Source: Planctomycetia bacterium (GTDB lineage: Bacteria; Planctomycetota; Planctomycetia; Pirellulales; UBA7805). From it: DNA of 64,000 nt. Made by a program: the position numbers and the translations under genes. A model generated the notes under the pieces. It did no database searches, was not told the origin of the DNA, and saw only the letters and a list, made by a program, of their open reading frames with translations. The stretch spans positions 783-64,782 of the forward strand of contig JAIOQB010000278.1 of assembly GCA_021413585.1 (NCBI GenBank), read 5' to 3'. Below, piece after piece: positions 31,601-40,191 of the stretch. The stretch's first letter is position 1. Each line of letters begins with the position of its first letter.

Positions 31601-34600
31601 GGAAACCAACGTGATCCCCCGGGTAAAGGTGACCCCCGAGGCGACATCGAGTTCACCGCCACTGTTGACCGTAATGGTGCCGCTGCTCCCCAGCGCGCCG
31701 GCGTTGCCCACGACGAGGTTGCCCGCGTTGGCGTTGGTCGCCCCGGTGCGGCTGCTCGTGGCGTTTAAGGTCAAGACGTTGGTGCCAACCTTCGTCAGCG
31801 TATTGGAATTGGCCGTCAGACCTGCGGTCAGCGTGATGTCCCCCGTGCCGCCGATACTGGCTCCGCCCGTGCCGATCGTGACCACGCCCGAATAAGTTGC
31901 CGCCACGTCGCTGTTGGTGAGTGCTCCGTTCGAACTGACGCCCGTGCCGATGATGGACAGGGCTTCGGAAGTGCTGAGCGTGATGCCGTCCAGGTCGAGC
32001 GCTGCTCCGGTGGCGGTGACCGAGGTGCCGGTGGCCGTGGTGCCCAGCGGCGTGTTCGTGCCGTTGCCCGCCGCCCCCAGGGCCAGCGTGCCGGCGTTGA
32101 TCGTCGTGGCCCCAGTGTGGGTGCTGGTGACCGCGACCGTCAGCACACCGCTGCCGTCCTTGATCAACTGCGCCAAGCTGCCGGTGGTGATTCCCGTGGT
32201 GCTGATCGTGGTGTTGCCCGAACCGCCGACGGTCAGATCATTGCCGGTTCCGGTGATCCCGCCACTGAGAGTCAGCGTATTGGCATCGGAGTTGACGCGG
32301 CTGTCGGTGGCCAGGTTGACCGCGGTCGACCAGGAGTTGTCGCCGCTGATGTTGCGCAGGGCACCCGTAGTGCTCACGCCGGTTCCGTTGAGTGTTAGAG
32401 TTTCGCCGGTGACGGCGATGCCACCTTGAAGTTGCAAGGTGGCGCCGCTGGTCACCGACGTCCCGGCGGCAGTCGTCCCCAGCGCCGCGGCGTTCTGGAC
32501 GTTCAACGCGCCGGCGCTGATCGTGGTCGTGCCGGTGTAGTTGCTGGCGACCGCTAACGTCAGCGTGCCGTTGCCATCCTTGGTCAGCGTCCCGCCGGTC
32601 GAGGTGTTGATGCCGGTGGTTTGAACCGTCGTGTTGCCCGCCCCCCCCACCGTCAGGCCGAGGCCGGTGCCGGTGATGCCGCCGCTAAGCGTGAGCGTGC
32701 CGGCGTCGGAATTGATCCGGCTGGCGGTGCCGAGCGTCACAGCGCCCGCCCAGGAGTTGGTGCCGCTGATGTTGCGCATCGCGCCATCGGCGGAAACCCC
32801 CGTGCCGTTGAGCGTCAGCGCCTGGCCGCTGACTGCGATGCTGTTTTGAAGCTGCAGGGCGGCACCCGACGCCACCGACGTGCTGCCGGTCGTGCCCAAG
32901 GCCGTGGCATTCTGAATGTTCACCACGCCGTCGCTGATCGTCGTATTGCCGGTGTAGTTGCTCGTCGCGCTGATGGTCAGCGTGCCGTTGCCGTCCTTGG
33001 TCAGCGTGCCGCCGGTCGAGGTGTTGATGCCGTTGGTTTGAATCGTCGTGTCGCCGGCGCCACCGACCGACAAGGCGAGACCTGTCCCCGTGATTCCTCC
33101 GGTGATGGTCAGCGTGCCGGCGTCGGAATTGATACGGCTGGCGCTGCCGAGGACGACGCCGCCAGCCCAGGAATTGGTGCCGCTGATGTTGCGCAGCGCG
33201 CCGTCGGTGGCCACGCCCGTGCCGTTGAGCGTCAGCACTTCGGCGCCGACTGCGATTCCCCCCTGAACTTGCAAAGCGGCCCCGGCGGTGACCGACGTGC
33301 CCCCCGTGACCGGATCACCCAGCGCCGAGGAGTTTTGGATATTCAGCACGCCGGCGATGATCGAGGTGGCATTGTTGTAGATATTCGCACCGGAGAATAT
33401 CTGAGTGCCCGCCCCCGACTTGGTGATCCCGACATTGCCGAAGCTGCCGTCCTGGATGATGCCGCTGAATGTATTTGATCCACTGGCGACATTGATGGTC
33501 AGCAGGGTGTCGTTTCCGCTGGTGGCGCTGTCGTTTGTAACCGTCCCCGTGCCGGTCAGGCCGGCGATGGTCGCTTCGAACCCATCCGTGCGGAGGATGC
33601 CCCCTGTATTGATCGTGACGATGGAGGTGCTTGCAATCTGGTTATTAGAAGCCAAGAGAACGACATCCGTTCCACTGCCGTCCCCGATGGTCAGACTTCC
33701 GGCAACTGCCGTGACGTTGTCGCTCTTGTCGAGGACGAGCGTACCGGCGTTGACCGTGGTTGCTCCCGTGAACGTGTTGGCGGCGGTGCCGGAGAACGTC
33801 ATCGTGCCGGCGCCGGCCTTGATCAGGCTATTGGCGGTGGTGCCGTTGGAAATGACGCCGCCGATGGTGAGCGTGCCGGCATTGGCCGTCACTGTGCGGG
33901 AAGTTCCCGCCGCGGAGCCCAGCGAGACGGCCCCGGTCCCCAGGTTCAGATCGCTGCTGCCGGTGAACGCGAAGTCGCCGTTCCAGGTTTGGGCGTTATT
34001 GTTGGCCAGCGTTTTAGCACTGCCGCTGGTGTTATTGATCGTGCCGGCCGTGATCGTCAATGTGCTGGCGGTCGCGCCCAGGGCAGTCGTGCTGTTGATG
34101 TTCAATGTGCCCGTAGTGAGCGTAACGCCGCCGGTGAATGTGTTAGCCGAACCGGAGAGCGTCAGAGCGCTCGTGCCGCTATTTTGCACCACCGCCACGG
34201 TGCCGAGATTATTGGTAATGCTGCCGCTGAGCAGGACCGCGCCAGTACTGCCACCGAGATTGGTAATAGTCTTGGTGCCGGAAGATCCTGCGGAGATGCC
34301 ACCCGAAATCGTAAATGTGTCCGCATCGGCGTTGGCGATATCCAGGAAGCTCCCCTTAAGGAGAATCGGCGCCGAGATGGTGTCGCCATTGCTGCTGGAT
34401 TCCTGATTGATTTGCGCGTGCGAGGCATTGTTATCAAAAATCAACGAGGCGCCACCCGAGGCGGCAATGGTAAATGAATTAGTGTCATCCGTGTCGCCAA
34501 TATTCAGGATGCCAATGGTCCGCGAAGTAGTATCGATCGTGATCGTCGCGTTTGAACTGATAGCATTGTCGATGTTCGCAATATCACCGGCTGCGTTCGG

Positions 34601-34777
34601 GACGGAACTAAATCCCCAGTTGAAAGTGGAACTCCAATTACCACTCGTGGTACTCCAGGTTCGCGTTACAGCATGCGCAGTCATCGGCTCGGCCAGCAGT
34701 CCAACAATCACCAGCAGCATCCACGGAAGGTGGTAGATGCGGCTAAGGCTGCGGTGATTGGATTTTTTATTAGTCAT
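22676..34777 (-). CDS. giant (4033 aa) PEP-CTERM-anchored surface repeat protein with autotransporter-associated beta-strand (PATR) repeats
   Basis: ORF 22676..34936 trimmed to ATG 34777 (MTNKKSNHRSLSRIYHLPWMLLVIVGLLAEPMTAHA, GGAGAG upstream). PATR-type repeats (KDGNGTLTLAVASNYTGTTTISAGALNVQN) run over about 30880-34500. Ten ~110-aa repeats (VYNHSAPTLTIAGGNNQS...) cover about 27545-30880. About eleven ~117-aa repeats (GNVYDHASGS...VIVGY...NAAGFRVNLKTTNDGP...LTYADDSALAGAS) cover about 23650-27545. A unique C-terminal domain ends in a PEP-CTERM tail. Confidence 0.9.
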   Translation of the reverse strand: MTNKKSNHRSLSRIYHLPWMLLVIVGLLAEPMTAHAVTRTWSTTSGNWSSTFNWGFSSVPNAAGDIANIDNAISSNATITIDTTSRTIGILNIGDTDDTNSFTIAASGGASLIFDNNASHAQINQESSSNGDTISAPILLKGSFLDIANADADTFTISGGISAGSSGTKTITNLGGSTGAVLLSGSITNNLGTVAVVQNSGTSALTLSGSANTFTGGVTLTTGTLNINSTTALGATASTLTITAGTINNTSGSAKTLANNNAQTWNGDFAFTGSSDLNLGTGAVSLGSAAGTSRTVTANAGTLTIGGVISNGTTANSLIKAGAGTMTFSGTAANTFTGATTVNAGTLVLDKSDNVTAVAGSLTIGDGSGTDVVLLASNNQIASTSIVTINTGGILRTDGFEATIAGLTGTGTVTNDSATSGNDTLLTINVASGSNTFSGIIQDGSFGNVGITKSGAGTQIFSGANIYNNATSIIAGVLNIQNSSALGDPVTGGTSVTAGAALQVQGGIAVGAEVLTLNGTGVATDGALRNISGTNSWAGGVVLGSASRINSDAGTLTITGGITGTGLALSVGGAGDTTIQTNGINTSTGGTLTKDGNGTLTISATSNYTGNTTISDGVVNIQNATALGTTGSTSVASGAALQLQNSIAVSGQALTLNGTGVSADGAMRNISGTNSWAGAVTLGTASRINSDAGTLTLSGGITGTGLGLTVGGAGNTTVQTTGINTSTGGTLTKDGNGTLTLAVASNYTGTTTISAGALNVQNAAALGTTAAGTSVTSGATLQLQGGIAVTGETLTLNGTGVSTTGALRNISGDNSWSTAVNLATDSRVNSDANTLTLSGGITGTGNDLTVGGSGNTTISTTGITTGSLAQLIKDGSGVLTVAVTSTHTGATTINAGTLALGAAGNGTNTPLGTTATGTSVTATGAALDLDGITLSTSEALSIIGTGVSSNGALTNSDVAATYSGVVTIGTGGASIGGTGDITLTAGLTANSNTLTKVGTNVLTLNATSSRTGATNANAGNLVVGNAGALGSSGTITVNSGGELDVASGVTFTRGITLVSGGTFGGKGTYTPGSSFSITAGAHIAPGINDIGTFSINTTSNTTTFNTGSVLDIDINGANTDLLNVTGTLNTSSATSVLALNMVSPTLGKYKIAGFTTGITFTGNGNLASDGGFGAVTGLDSAYTLSVITGANGEIDLTHKADQTLTSPNPATINIITGATTSISAILSNTAPTNSTALAVALANNSGTGGTVSSLTSSSGSTVAGGSTSNIGGTFTAGAVGLGKTWSIKNTDLNAITTTATTGGTVNVYSHTAPTLTVASGNNQSIIINNSLTSATATLSNPGSSSTALDVGASLTNLTGATGSAVLAAGGTGTYTATGFVTNSVGIGKTLAVSLTAGDDQTVIGHNALAALNTSFTYNVYNHSAPTFNIAGGNNQSVIINNSLAAATVTLANTAGATPAPLDVNSLSNLTGASTVGSGASGTYTATGFVTNSVGIGKTLNVGLNAGDQQTITGANALSPFSSSFTYSVYNHSAPTLTFASGNNQSGFVGGSFANATFTLSNTVGTTPAPLDVNTLSNLTGTSGSGVVASGGTGTYTSSALDNSTAGIGKTLAVSLKAGDQQTVVGANALSTLSQTVTYNVYTHSAPTLTVATGNNQSVIVNTALSSATASLSNPGSTSAPLDVNSLSNLTGTTGSGVVAAAGTGTYTATGFVNSSVGIGKTLVVGLNAGDQQTITGANALTPLSTTFTYNVYNHSAPTLTIAGGNNQAVIINNSLAAATTTLANTAGTTPAPLDVNTFSNLSGASSVGSGASGTYTASGFVTNSVGINKTLAVSLKAGDQQTISGASALSTLNQTFTYSVYNHSAPTLTIAGGNNQSIITGGTLAAATTTLANTAGTTPAPLDVNTLSNLTGTTGSGVVASGASGTYTATGFDTTTVGLNKTLATSLLAGDQQTIVGASALSSKTANFTYNVYAHSNGVLTLNTNDNQTVIVGATAATAGLSLTNAGANNAALDVNSLTSNLTGSTGAALVAANGSQSYTGTFNTSTAGLGQTQTFTATVQDTNLSGRGSAYAASATGTINVYGHSAPTLTVASGNNQSVIINGSLAAVSVALADTAGSTPAPLDVNSLINLTGSTGSGVVASGGTGSYTATGFITNTVGLNKTLSVSLNAGDQQTITGHNGLSNLSTNVTYSVYNHSTPTLSIASGNNQSGFVGGSFANATLTLANTTGAAPAPLDVNTLSNLTGTTGSGVVASGGSGTYTSTALDSSTSGIGKTLAVSLKAGDQQTLSGANALTTLSQTVTYNVYDHAAPTLTIASGNNQSVIVGNSLSAATLSLSNPGTASAPLDVANLNHLTGTTGSNVVTTGNSASYTATGFNTAVAGIGKTLAVGLDAGDPQSLAGHNALSTLNQTLTYNVYDHASGSVVTDTLTIPDVIVGYSSPVASSNALTVNNAAGARVNLKTTNNGPNGTISLNNVSNVAAGSSGLLTATMATGKGVSNFLSAITLTYADDSALAGAQSSGLGTSSIFITGNVYDHARGFVSGSTLVIPDVFVDYASPVASTGSISVNNLTGFRVNLKTTNNGPVNSISLGNVSNIVANASAPITASLATGKSSGSFSQGVTLTYADDSSLVGASNNVGTDTITVTGNIYEHASGSTVGGSTLNFTDVIVGYGSTQSSANAVTINNAAGFRVNLKTTNNGPQNGFSMTNISSLAANSNGTITGTMAAGKAVGSYSQNLALTYADNSAIAGASNNTGTQNITLNSNVYDHSSGSVDTASLVMQDVIVGYSAPVTSNTAINVSNAAGFRVNLKTTNTGPLSGVSLSNVAGVAAGGSGALTAGLATGKGVGSYSQNISLVYADDSALAGASSITGSQTVNVSGNVLNHSNGSFNSTSVNNDSLTLDLGTVITGASTQTAGFNIANLSGANTAGLNRGTITPSGVNTSELTTDLGVNNFTNLAAGSSQAFTASMSTGTVGTLSATYTVGIGDRTDLAGATLNATPLTLNLTGDVKGHAAPTATITAGDGFSAIVGATGLSATVNLANGSGHLAGLQVSAAPSIASGSISNPGALLLAPGASQNYNATFNAGAVGAYSNQVTFTAGDDQLLTGHNALGSVTANITGTVYDHASGSVDDTTLTIADTFVGYASPLASTNSISVSNASGFRVNLKTTNDGPQNSISLGNVSGITAGNSGSISASLATGKGAGSYSQGLTLTYADDSALAGASSNVGTQAVTVTGNVYDHASGSAVGGTTLNFADVIVGYGSAQTSTNSVTVNNAAGFRVNLKTTNDGPLGGLSVNNVSGVAANGNGTVTGSLATGKGVGNYSQGITLTYADDSAIAGASSNLGTQAVTLTGNVYDHAAGSVDASTLSFANVIVGYSAPVTSSNSISVSNATGFRANLKTTNDGPVNSVSLGNASGVAAGGSSLISASLATGKAAGSFSENLTLTYADDSALAGASSNVGTQSVIASGNVLNHAVGSATVTAGNNFTAIVGTTGLSATIGVTNTAGSPASALQVQATPGIGTGSLSDPGQVFIGGIDGGAASQSYTATFNVGNTAGSFSNTVTFSAGDRQSLAGASGLASLTTTIQGTLLDHAGPSLSQTTVNFGNVLAGASVSAVNVNLQNVGANRANLVLTGVNGSGDTATLTRAGNSTGTIAANGSLSNSIGLVTSAAGNYSANYGYDVEDQNLAGGTDLATQNLAVSANVYAAAQLSANTNITLDSGSLVSIQNASATPLRASAYVDSITLSPHWTLHNSLQVGSSIAAGAGTSPLAKVNFSDAGLLNGQSLVGELTIALENDQALAGATNQDLGPLTWNLGHTVTNGVGNGTADVTDGGSYAGLNGKSDKALASVAKLVDGTNTSGDDTIVEMTWRNRTTPEANGFAASGDSAQLVSDVVKLTGTDSTVFVFEMTVGPLANNATDIYLAWLDGGIWKLANEGNHGVNTTDTALLDYQGSYQASNASLLTLGAYGYDAVAHKVWAVLDHNSDFSSLEIIPLLEGTSIPEPSTWALGLIGLIGLAWFGLRRRQVRQS
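22679..22768 (-). other. PEP-CTERM sorting signal
   Basis: C-terminal 30 aa IPEPSTWALGLIGLIGLAWFGLRRRQVRQS, comprising a PEP motif, a hydrophobic helix and an Arg cluster. Confidence 0.85.
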
Positions 34778-35133
34778 TCTTACTCTCCTGCCTGCGTTGA
34801 TCGGTCGCTTACGAAGCTTGCCCACATTCGTCGTATCCGCTCCGACCGCCAAACTTGTGCTGCTCGCCGTTCCGCAGTTCACCTCTAGCGCGGGCGGGGA
34901 GCCCGACAGCGGTGAGTGGAGTTGCCAGCGTGGCAACGTAAAAATGCACGGGGTGACCGCGCTCTCGCGTCATTCGCAAGGGCGCCGCCGGGTGTGCATT
35001 AGGTTGGGGTGGGGGGCGATTAGCGTTTCTCAAAGCGTTTCAATTGTCCGCAAAGTACTCGCCTGCTTTGAAGCCTATGATAAACAGATGCATAAACTAG
35101 TCAAGCTAAGTAGAATAAATAAGCTAACCATTT

Positions 35134-35190
35134 TGGGTGTAATGGGAAGTTTACACTACGATTTACAGGGGTTTACACTTGGCCTTTACA
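35134..35190 (+). promoter_or_regulatory. AT-rich island with two TGGG-N5 9-mers followed by four phased TTTACA direct repeats, upstream of the giant gene
   Basis: TGGGTGTAA (35134) and TGGGAAGTT (35143). TTTACA at 35150, 35162, 35172 and 35185, giving spacings of 12, 10 and 13 bp. Lies 360-410 bp upstream of ATG 34777. Confidence 0.5.
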
Positions 35191-35451
35191 GAAGTAGCGC
35201 GGACCTCGCGTGAGAAAGAAAAACACCGTAAAAACAAGCGTTTTTCTGTACTTCGACGCAGCATCGAGGTCGTCAATGAAACGAAACTCGATGCAGCACG
35301 AACGGATGGTTGGTCGCGCCGCGACCAGAGTTGCCGGCTGAATCGACCCGCGATGGGCCCTGATAAAGGGCCCAAGAAAAATGAGCGGCGAAAAGGTAGG
35401 CAAGCAGTACTCACTGCTCAAACCACTCAAACCTCAACACCCGTTTTATCC

Positions 35452-36822
35452 TTACGCGCCAAAATACCCGCGCCACGCCAGGTCCAGCACTTCGTCGCTC
35501 AGCTCCAGCTGCCGATCGCGCAGGCGGCAGATGTCGCGGCAGCGTTCGATCAGATCGCGCGGCTCGCAGCAGCGCATCGACCGCTGCTCTGTTTGATAAC
35601 GGGCGAACAGCTTGCTCAACAACTCCGCCGGGACATCGAGTCCAAGTTGCGCCGCATAGCGGCGGAAGATTTCCGAATATCGCTCCGCGTCGGGATTGTC
35701 CAAGTGAACCCGATAGCCGATCCGCCGTAGGAACGCCGGGGTCATCACCTCCTGCGGATCGAGATTCGTCGACACCACCAGCAACTGCCGGAACGGGATC
35801 GCCACCTGCTGCCCCGTTTGCAGCGTGAGAAAATCGACCTGCCGTTCCAGCGGATGGATCCAGCGGTTGATCAACTGCTCGGGCGAAACGCGCTGGCAGC
35901 CAAAATCATCGAGCAGGAACGTGCCGCCGTTCGCCTTGACGTGCAATGGCGCTTCGCAAAAACCCTGGTTGTTGCTGAAGATCAGGTCCAGCGATTCCAA
36001 AGTCAGCTCGCCGCCAACCACAATAAACGGGCGGCGGACCCGCACCCAGCGCTGGTCGATCAATCGCGAAACATTGCTCGCCGACTCCAGTGGCGTCGGC
36101 TCGTGCACCGTCGGGTCGTAGATGCGGATGATGTTGTGATCGACCCCCAGGCAATGCGGAATCCACAGCGATCCGTCGACCGCATCGTGCAGTAGGTGCC
36201 CTAGCGTTGTCTTGCCGTTGCCCGGCGGGCCGTAGAGGAACAGGCTGCGCCGCGACAGGAGCGACAGGCCGACCACCTCCACCGTTTCCGACGACAAAGC
36301 CAATTCCGAAAGCGCGGTCGACACGCCGGCGAGCGTCGGCTCGGGCAGATGATCGAACTGCCAGCGCAGACTGGCGGCATAATCGGCCAGCGACACGGGG
36401 ACCGGCCCGATGTAGTTGGAAATCTCCAGCAGCCGCAGCGCCTGCTCGCGGCCGCGGTCCGTGATCGCCACATGGTGATTGAACACGCCCACCTGGCCGA
36501 GCAGCTCGACCAGATTGTCCGCCCGCAGCCGATCGAGAAGCTGCGACGTCAGGGCAGGGGGGAGGCAGAGCCGCTGCGATGCCCACTGCGTGGTGAACCG
36601 CGGCACGCTGTACGCCAGCTTCAGCGCCAGACCTTCCAGCACCGCCAGATCGATCCCCGTTTCGGCAAGATCCGAAACAGCCTGCGGCGCCGGGATGCCG
36701 CCGATATCGACCAGGCGATGATTGGGCGTCTGTGGCACGACGGGAGCCGGCACGACAGGTGTCGCGGCCGTCGCCGGCGCGGCCGTCCGCACGCTCGTTG
36801 ATTCTTGTTGGATCTTCAACAT
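35452..36822 (-). CDS. AAA+ ATPase of unknown function with N-terminal winged-helix-like region
   Basis: 456 aa. Walker A LFLYGPPGNGKTT, Walker B GGTFLLDDFG, sensor-1 LLVVSTNL, and Arg-rich AFLRRIGYRV. The N-terminal ~200 aa include LLDRLRADNLVELLG...VAITDRGRE. The start lies 60 bp downstream of the tadC stop on the same strand. Confidence 0.75.
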   Translation of the reverse strand: MLKIQQESTSVRTAAPATAATPVVPAPVVPQTPNHRLVDIGGIPAPQAVSDLAETGIDLAVLEGLALKLAYSVPRFTTQWASQRLCLPPALTSQLLDRLRADNLVELLGQVGVFNHHVAITDRGREQALRLLEISNYIGPVPVSLADYAASLRWQFDHLPEPTLAGVSTALSELALSSETVEVVGLSLLSRRSLFLYGPPGNGKTTLGHLLHDAVDGSLWIPHCLGVDHNIIRIYDPTVHEPTPLESASNVSRLIDQRWVRVRRPFIVVGGELTLESLDLIFSNNQGFCEAPLHVKANGGTFLLDDFGCQRVSPEQLINRWIHPLERQVDFLTLQTGQQVAIPFRQLLVVSTNLDPQEVMTPAFLRRIGYRVHLDNPDAERYSEIFRRYAAQLGLDVPAELLSKLFARYQTEQRSMRCCEPRDLIERCRDICRLRDRQLELSDEVLDLAWRGYFGA

Positions 36823-36882
36823 GCGGCGGATTGCAATTTGGACACGGTCAATCGTTTAGAGATTCGCGTTAACCGGCGGCGT

Positions 36883-37806
36883 TTAGTTCCAGCTTTGCAG
36901 CACTTCGAGAAACCGGATCAGGGCCGTGCCCATCATGATGATGTAGAGCGCAGGAAAAATACAAAGCACCGTGGGGAAGATCAGCTTCACCGGGGCTTTT
37001 TCCGCGAGTTCTTCGGCAAAGCGATAGCGCTTTTGCCGCAAGCTGTCGGCATGGACGCGCAGCGCTTTGGTGATGCTGGCGCCGAACCGCTCGGCCTGAA
37101 TGATGACGGAGGACAAGCCTCGCAATTCCTCGGCGTCGAAGCGGTCGGCGAATTGGCTCAGGGCCTCGCCCGTCGAGCGGCCCAGTTGAATCTCGCGCTG
37201 CACAATGGCCATTTCGGAAGCCAGCAGCGGATGGGCATCGTGCAATTCGCTGGCCACGCGGGAAAACGCCGCCGGCAAGCTCAAGCCCCCCTCCAGGCAA
37301 ATGACGATCACGTCCAAAGCGTCGGGGAGCGAGCGCCGCAGCACCTTCTGGCGCTTCGCCTTGCGTCCCTTCAGCCAGATCGTGGGGATGATCGTTCCCA
37401 ACAGACCGACAAACGTCCCGATCAAAATCGCAATAGGAAACGACAACAGTTGCAGTCCGAACAACGCCAAGCCCACCAGCATGGGAATGACCATGCAGAG
37501 AAACTTCACACCCAGGAAGATAGCGGACGAATGCTGTTGATACAGCCCCGCCTGCTGGAGCTGCCTCTTGAGCTTGCTGAGCTGGGCCTCGTCGTCGGGC
37601 ATCAGCACGGCGCCCATCCGCGGCAGGGCCGAGGTTTGCGACCGGCTGCTAATGCGCGTACTATTCTGCGGGCCGGGACGAACGACGTCCACCAACCGGT
37701 CAGCCACCGTGCGCTGCTTGTTGCCCAAGAGCATGGTGACCAGCAACACCATGCTGGACACAGCCGCGAACGTGGAGATCAGCAGTGGAAGATTGTCAAA
37801 GCTCAT
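36883..37806 (-). CDS. tadC: Tad pilus inner-membrane platform protein TadC (T2SS F family)
   Basis: 307 aa polytopic protein with the T2SF-domain pattern LPDALDVIVICLEGGLSLPAAF...EMAIVQREIQLGRS. Sits next to tadB and tadA. Confidence 0.85.
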   Translation of the reverse strand: MSFDNLPLLISTFAAVSSMVLLVTMLLGNKQRTVADRLVDVVRPGPQNSTRISSRSQTSALPRMGAVLMPDDEAQLSKLKRQLQQAGLYQQHSSAIFLGVKFLCMVIPMLVGLALFGLQLLSFPIAILIGTFVGLLGTIIPTIWLKGRKAKRQKVLRRSLPDALDVIVICLEGGLSLPAAFSRVASELHDAHPLLASEMAIVQREIQLGRSTGEALSQFADRFDAEELRGLSSVIIQAERFGASITKALRVHADSLRQKRYRFAEELAEKAPVKLIFPTVLCIFPALYIIMMGTALIRFLEVLQSWN

Positions 37807-37871
37807 GGTTCACCTGTCTTGTGCAAAGCCGCATGCTCATAGCTCAACGCTCACAACTCAAAACTTCCCGC

Positions 37872-38834
37872 TCAATAGTCAAAATTGATCACCTTACGAA
37901 TCCACAACGCCCCCATCGCCATCAATCCCAGCGCGGTGAGGATCAGCAGCGGGTAGCTCAGCAGCACCACCTCGTATTCATAATTGATCAGCATCAGCAG
38001 CGCGAACATGAACACCGGCAGGCTCAACAAGATGCCGGCCTGAAAGCGTCCTTGGGCGGTCAGGCTGCGAATCTTGGCGCGGATGCGATAACGTTCGCGG
38101 ACCACATCGCCGAGCTTGTCGAGCAATTCGGCCAAATTGCCTCCGGTCTGGCGATGCACCACGACGGAGAGGACGAAGATCTTGATTTCCAGGATGCCGG
38201 TGCGGCGGCCCATTTCGCGCAGCGCCCCTTCGGGCGATAGGCCGAGGTTCATTTGCTCGGTGCAATACATGAACTCGGTGGAGATCGGCTCGGCAAACTC
38301 CTCGGACACCGCGTACATGGCCTGGGAGATGGTCTGCCCGGCCCGCAGCACGCGGCTCATCAATTCAAATGCGTCGGGAAGCTGGCTGCGCAACTTCTCG
38401 ATCCGCTTGTTGCGCTTCATCAGGACGTATCCCCACGGCAGCACGCCGCAGACGCCGGCGAACACCCCCGCGCCGATCGGCCCTGCCACCGCGGCCCCCA
38501 CGATGCCGGCGAACACCGCGGTGATCGACGTGATGGCCAGCACCTGGTTGACCGTAATGTTCAACCCTGACTGCTCAATCTGATACGCCATCTTCTGCCG
38601 CCAGGGGAGATTGGCCGGCGATTTGGCGGCGGCGTCGGCGGCGATCCGCGTGAGATCCTGCGACGACAGCGCGCTGCGGACGCGCTGCCGCCCCTTGGTG
38701 CGGGACTGCTCTTCCATGCGCTCCCGCACCTTGCGGGCTTCGCTGGAACGCAAATCCGTCATCAACGAATTGATGGCAAACACGGCGATAAACACCGCGA
38801 CAAAAGCCAGAATGCTCACCAGGATGGAAATCAC
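37872..38834 (-). CDS. tadB: Tad pilus inner-membrane platform protein TadB (T2SS F family)
   Basis: 320 aa with LPDAFELMSRVLRAGQTISQAM...EFMYCTEQMNLGLS. Paralog of tadC. Confidence 0.85.
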   Translation of the reverse strand: MISILVSILAFVAVFIAVFAINSLMTDLRSSEARKVRERMEEQSRTKGRQRVRSALSSQDLTRIAADAAAKSPANLPWRQKMAYQIEQSGLNITVNQVLAITSITAVFAGIVGAAVAGPIGAGVFAGVCGVLPWGYVLMKRNKRIEKLRSQLPDAFELMSRVLRAGQTISQAMYAVSEEFAEPISTEFMYCTEQMNLGLSPEGALREMGRRTGILEIKIFVLSVVVHRQTGGNLAELLDKLGDVVRERYRIRAKIRSLTAQGRFQAGILLSLPVFMFALLMLINYEYEVVLLSYPLLILTALGLMAMGALWIRKVINFDY

Positions 38835-38853
38835 GGCTGCACCTTTCGCAAAA

Positions 38854-40191
<1,338 letters not shown>

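Noticed and set aside
23650-33300. Regularly spaced DNA repeats with ~330, ~350 and 417 bp periods could superficially suggest a repeat array such as CRISPR or a satellite.
   Set aside because: The periods are multiples of three and lie inside one uninterrupted ORF. They correspond to protein domain repeats. No short conserved repeat with unique spacers is present anywhere in the window.
22820-34888. Dozens of long plus-strand ORFs (up to 406 aa, for example 29849..31069, 33405..34406, 23906..24889) lie opposite the giant gene.
   Set aside because: They are antisense shadows of a GC-rich, repeat-rich coding sequence. Their translations are Arg/Gly/Ala/Pro-rich or Val/Pro/Leu-rich low-complexity strings that simply mirror the repeat period of the minus-strand protein. 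They have no start context or recognisable domains.
35179-35730. A 183-aa plus-strand ORF spans the adhesin promoter island and the 3' end of the AAA+ gene.
   Set aside because: It has no SD or start context, a basic low-complexity translation, and largely overlaps the well-supported AAA+ CDS on the other strand.
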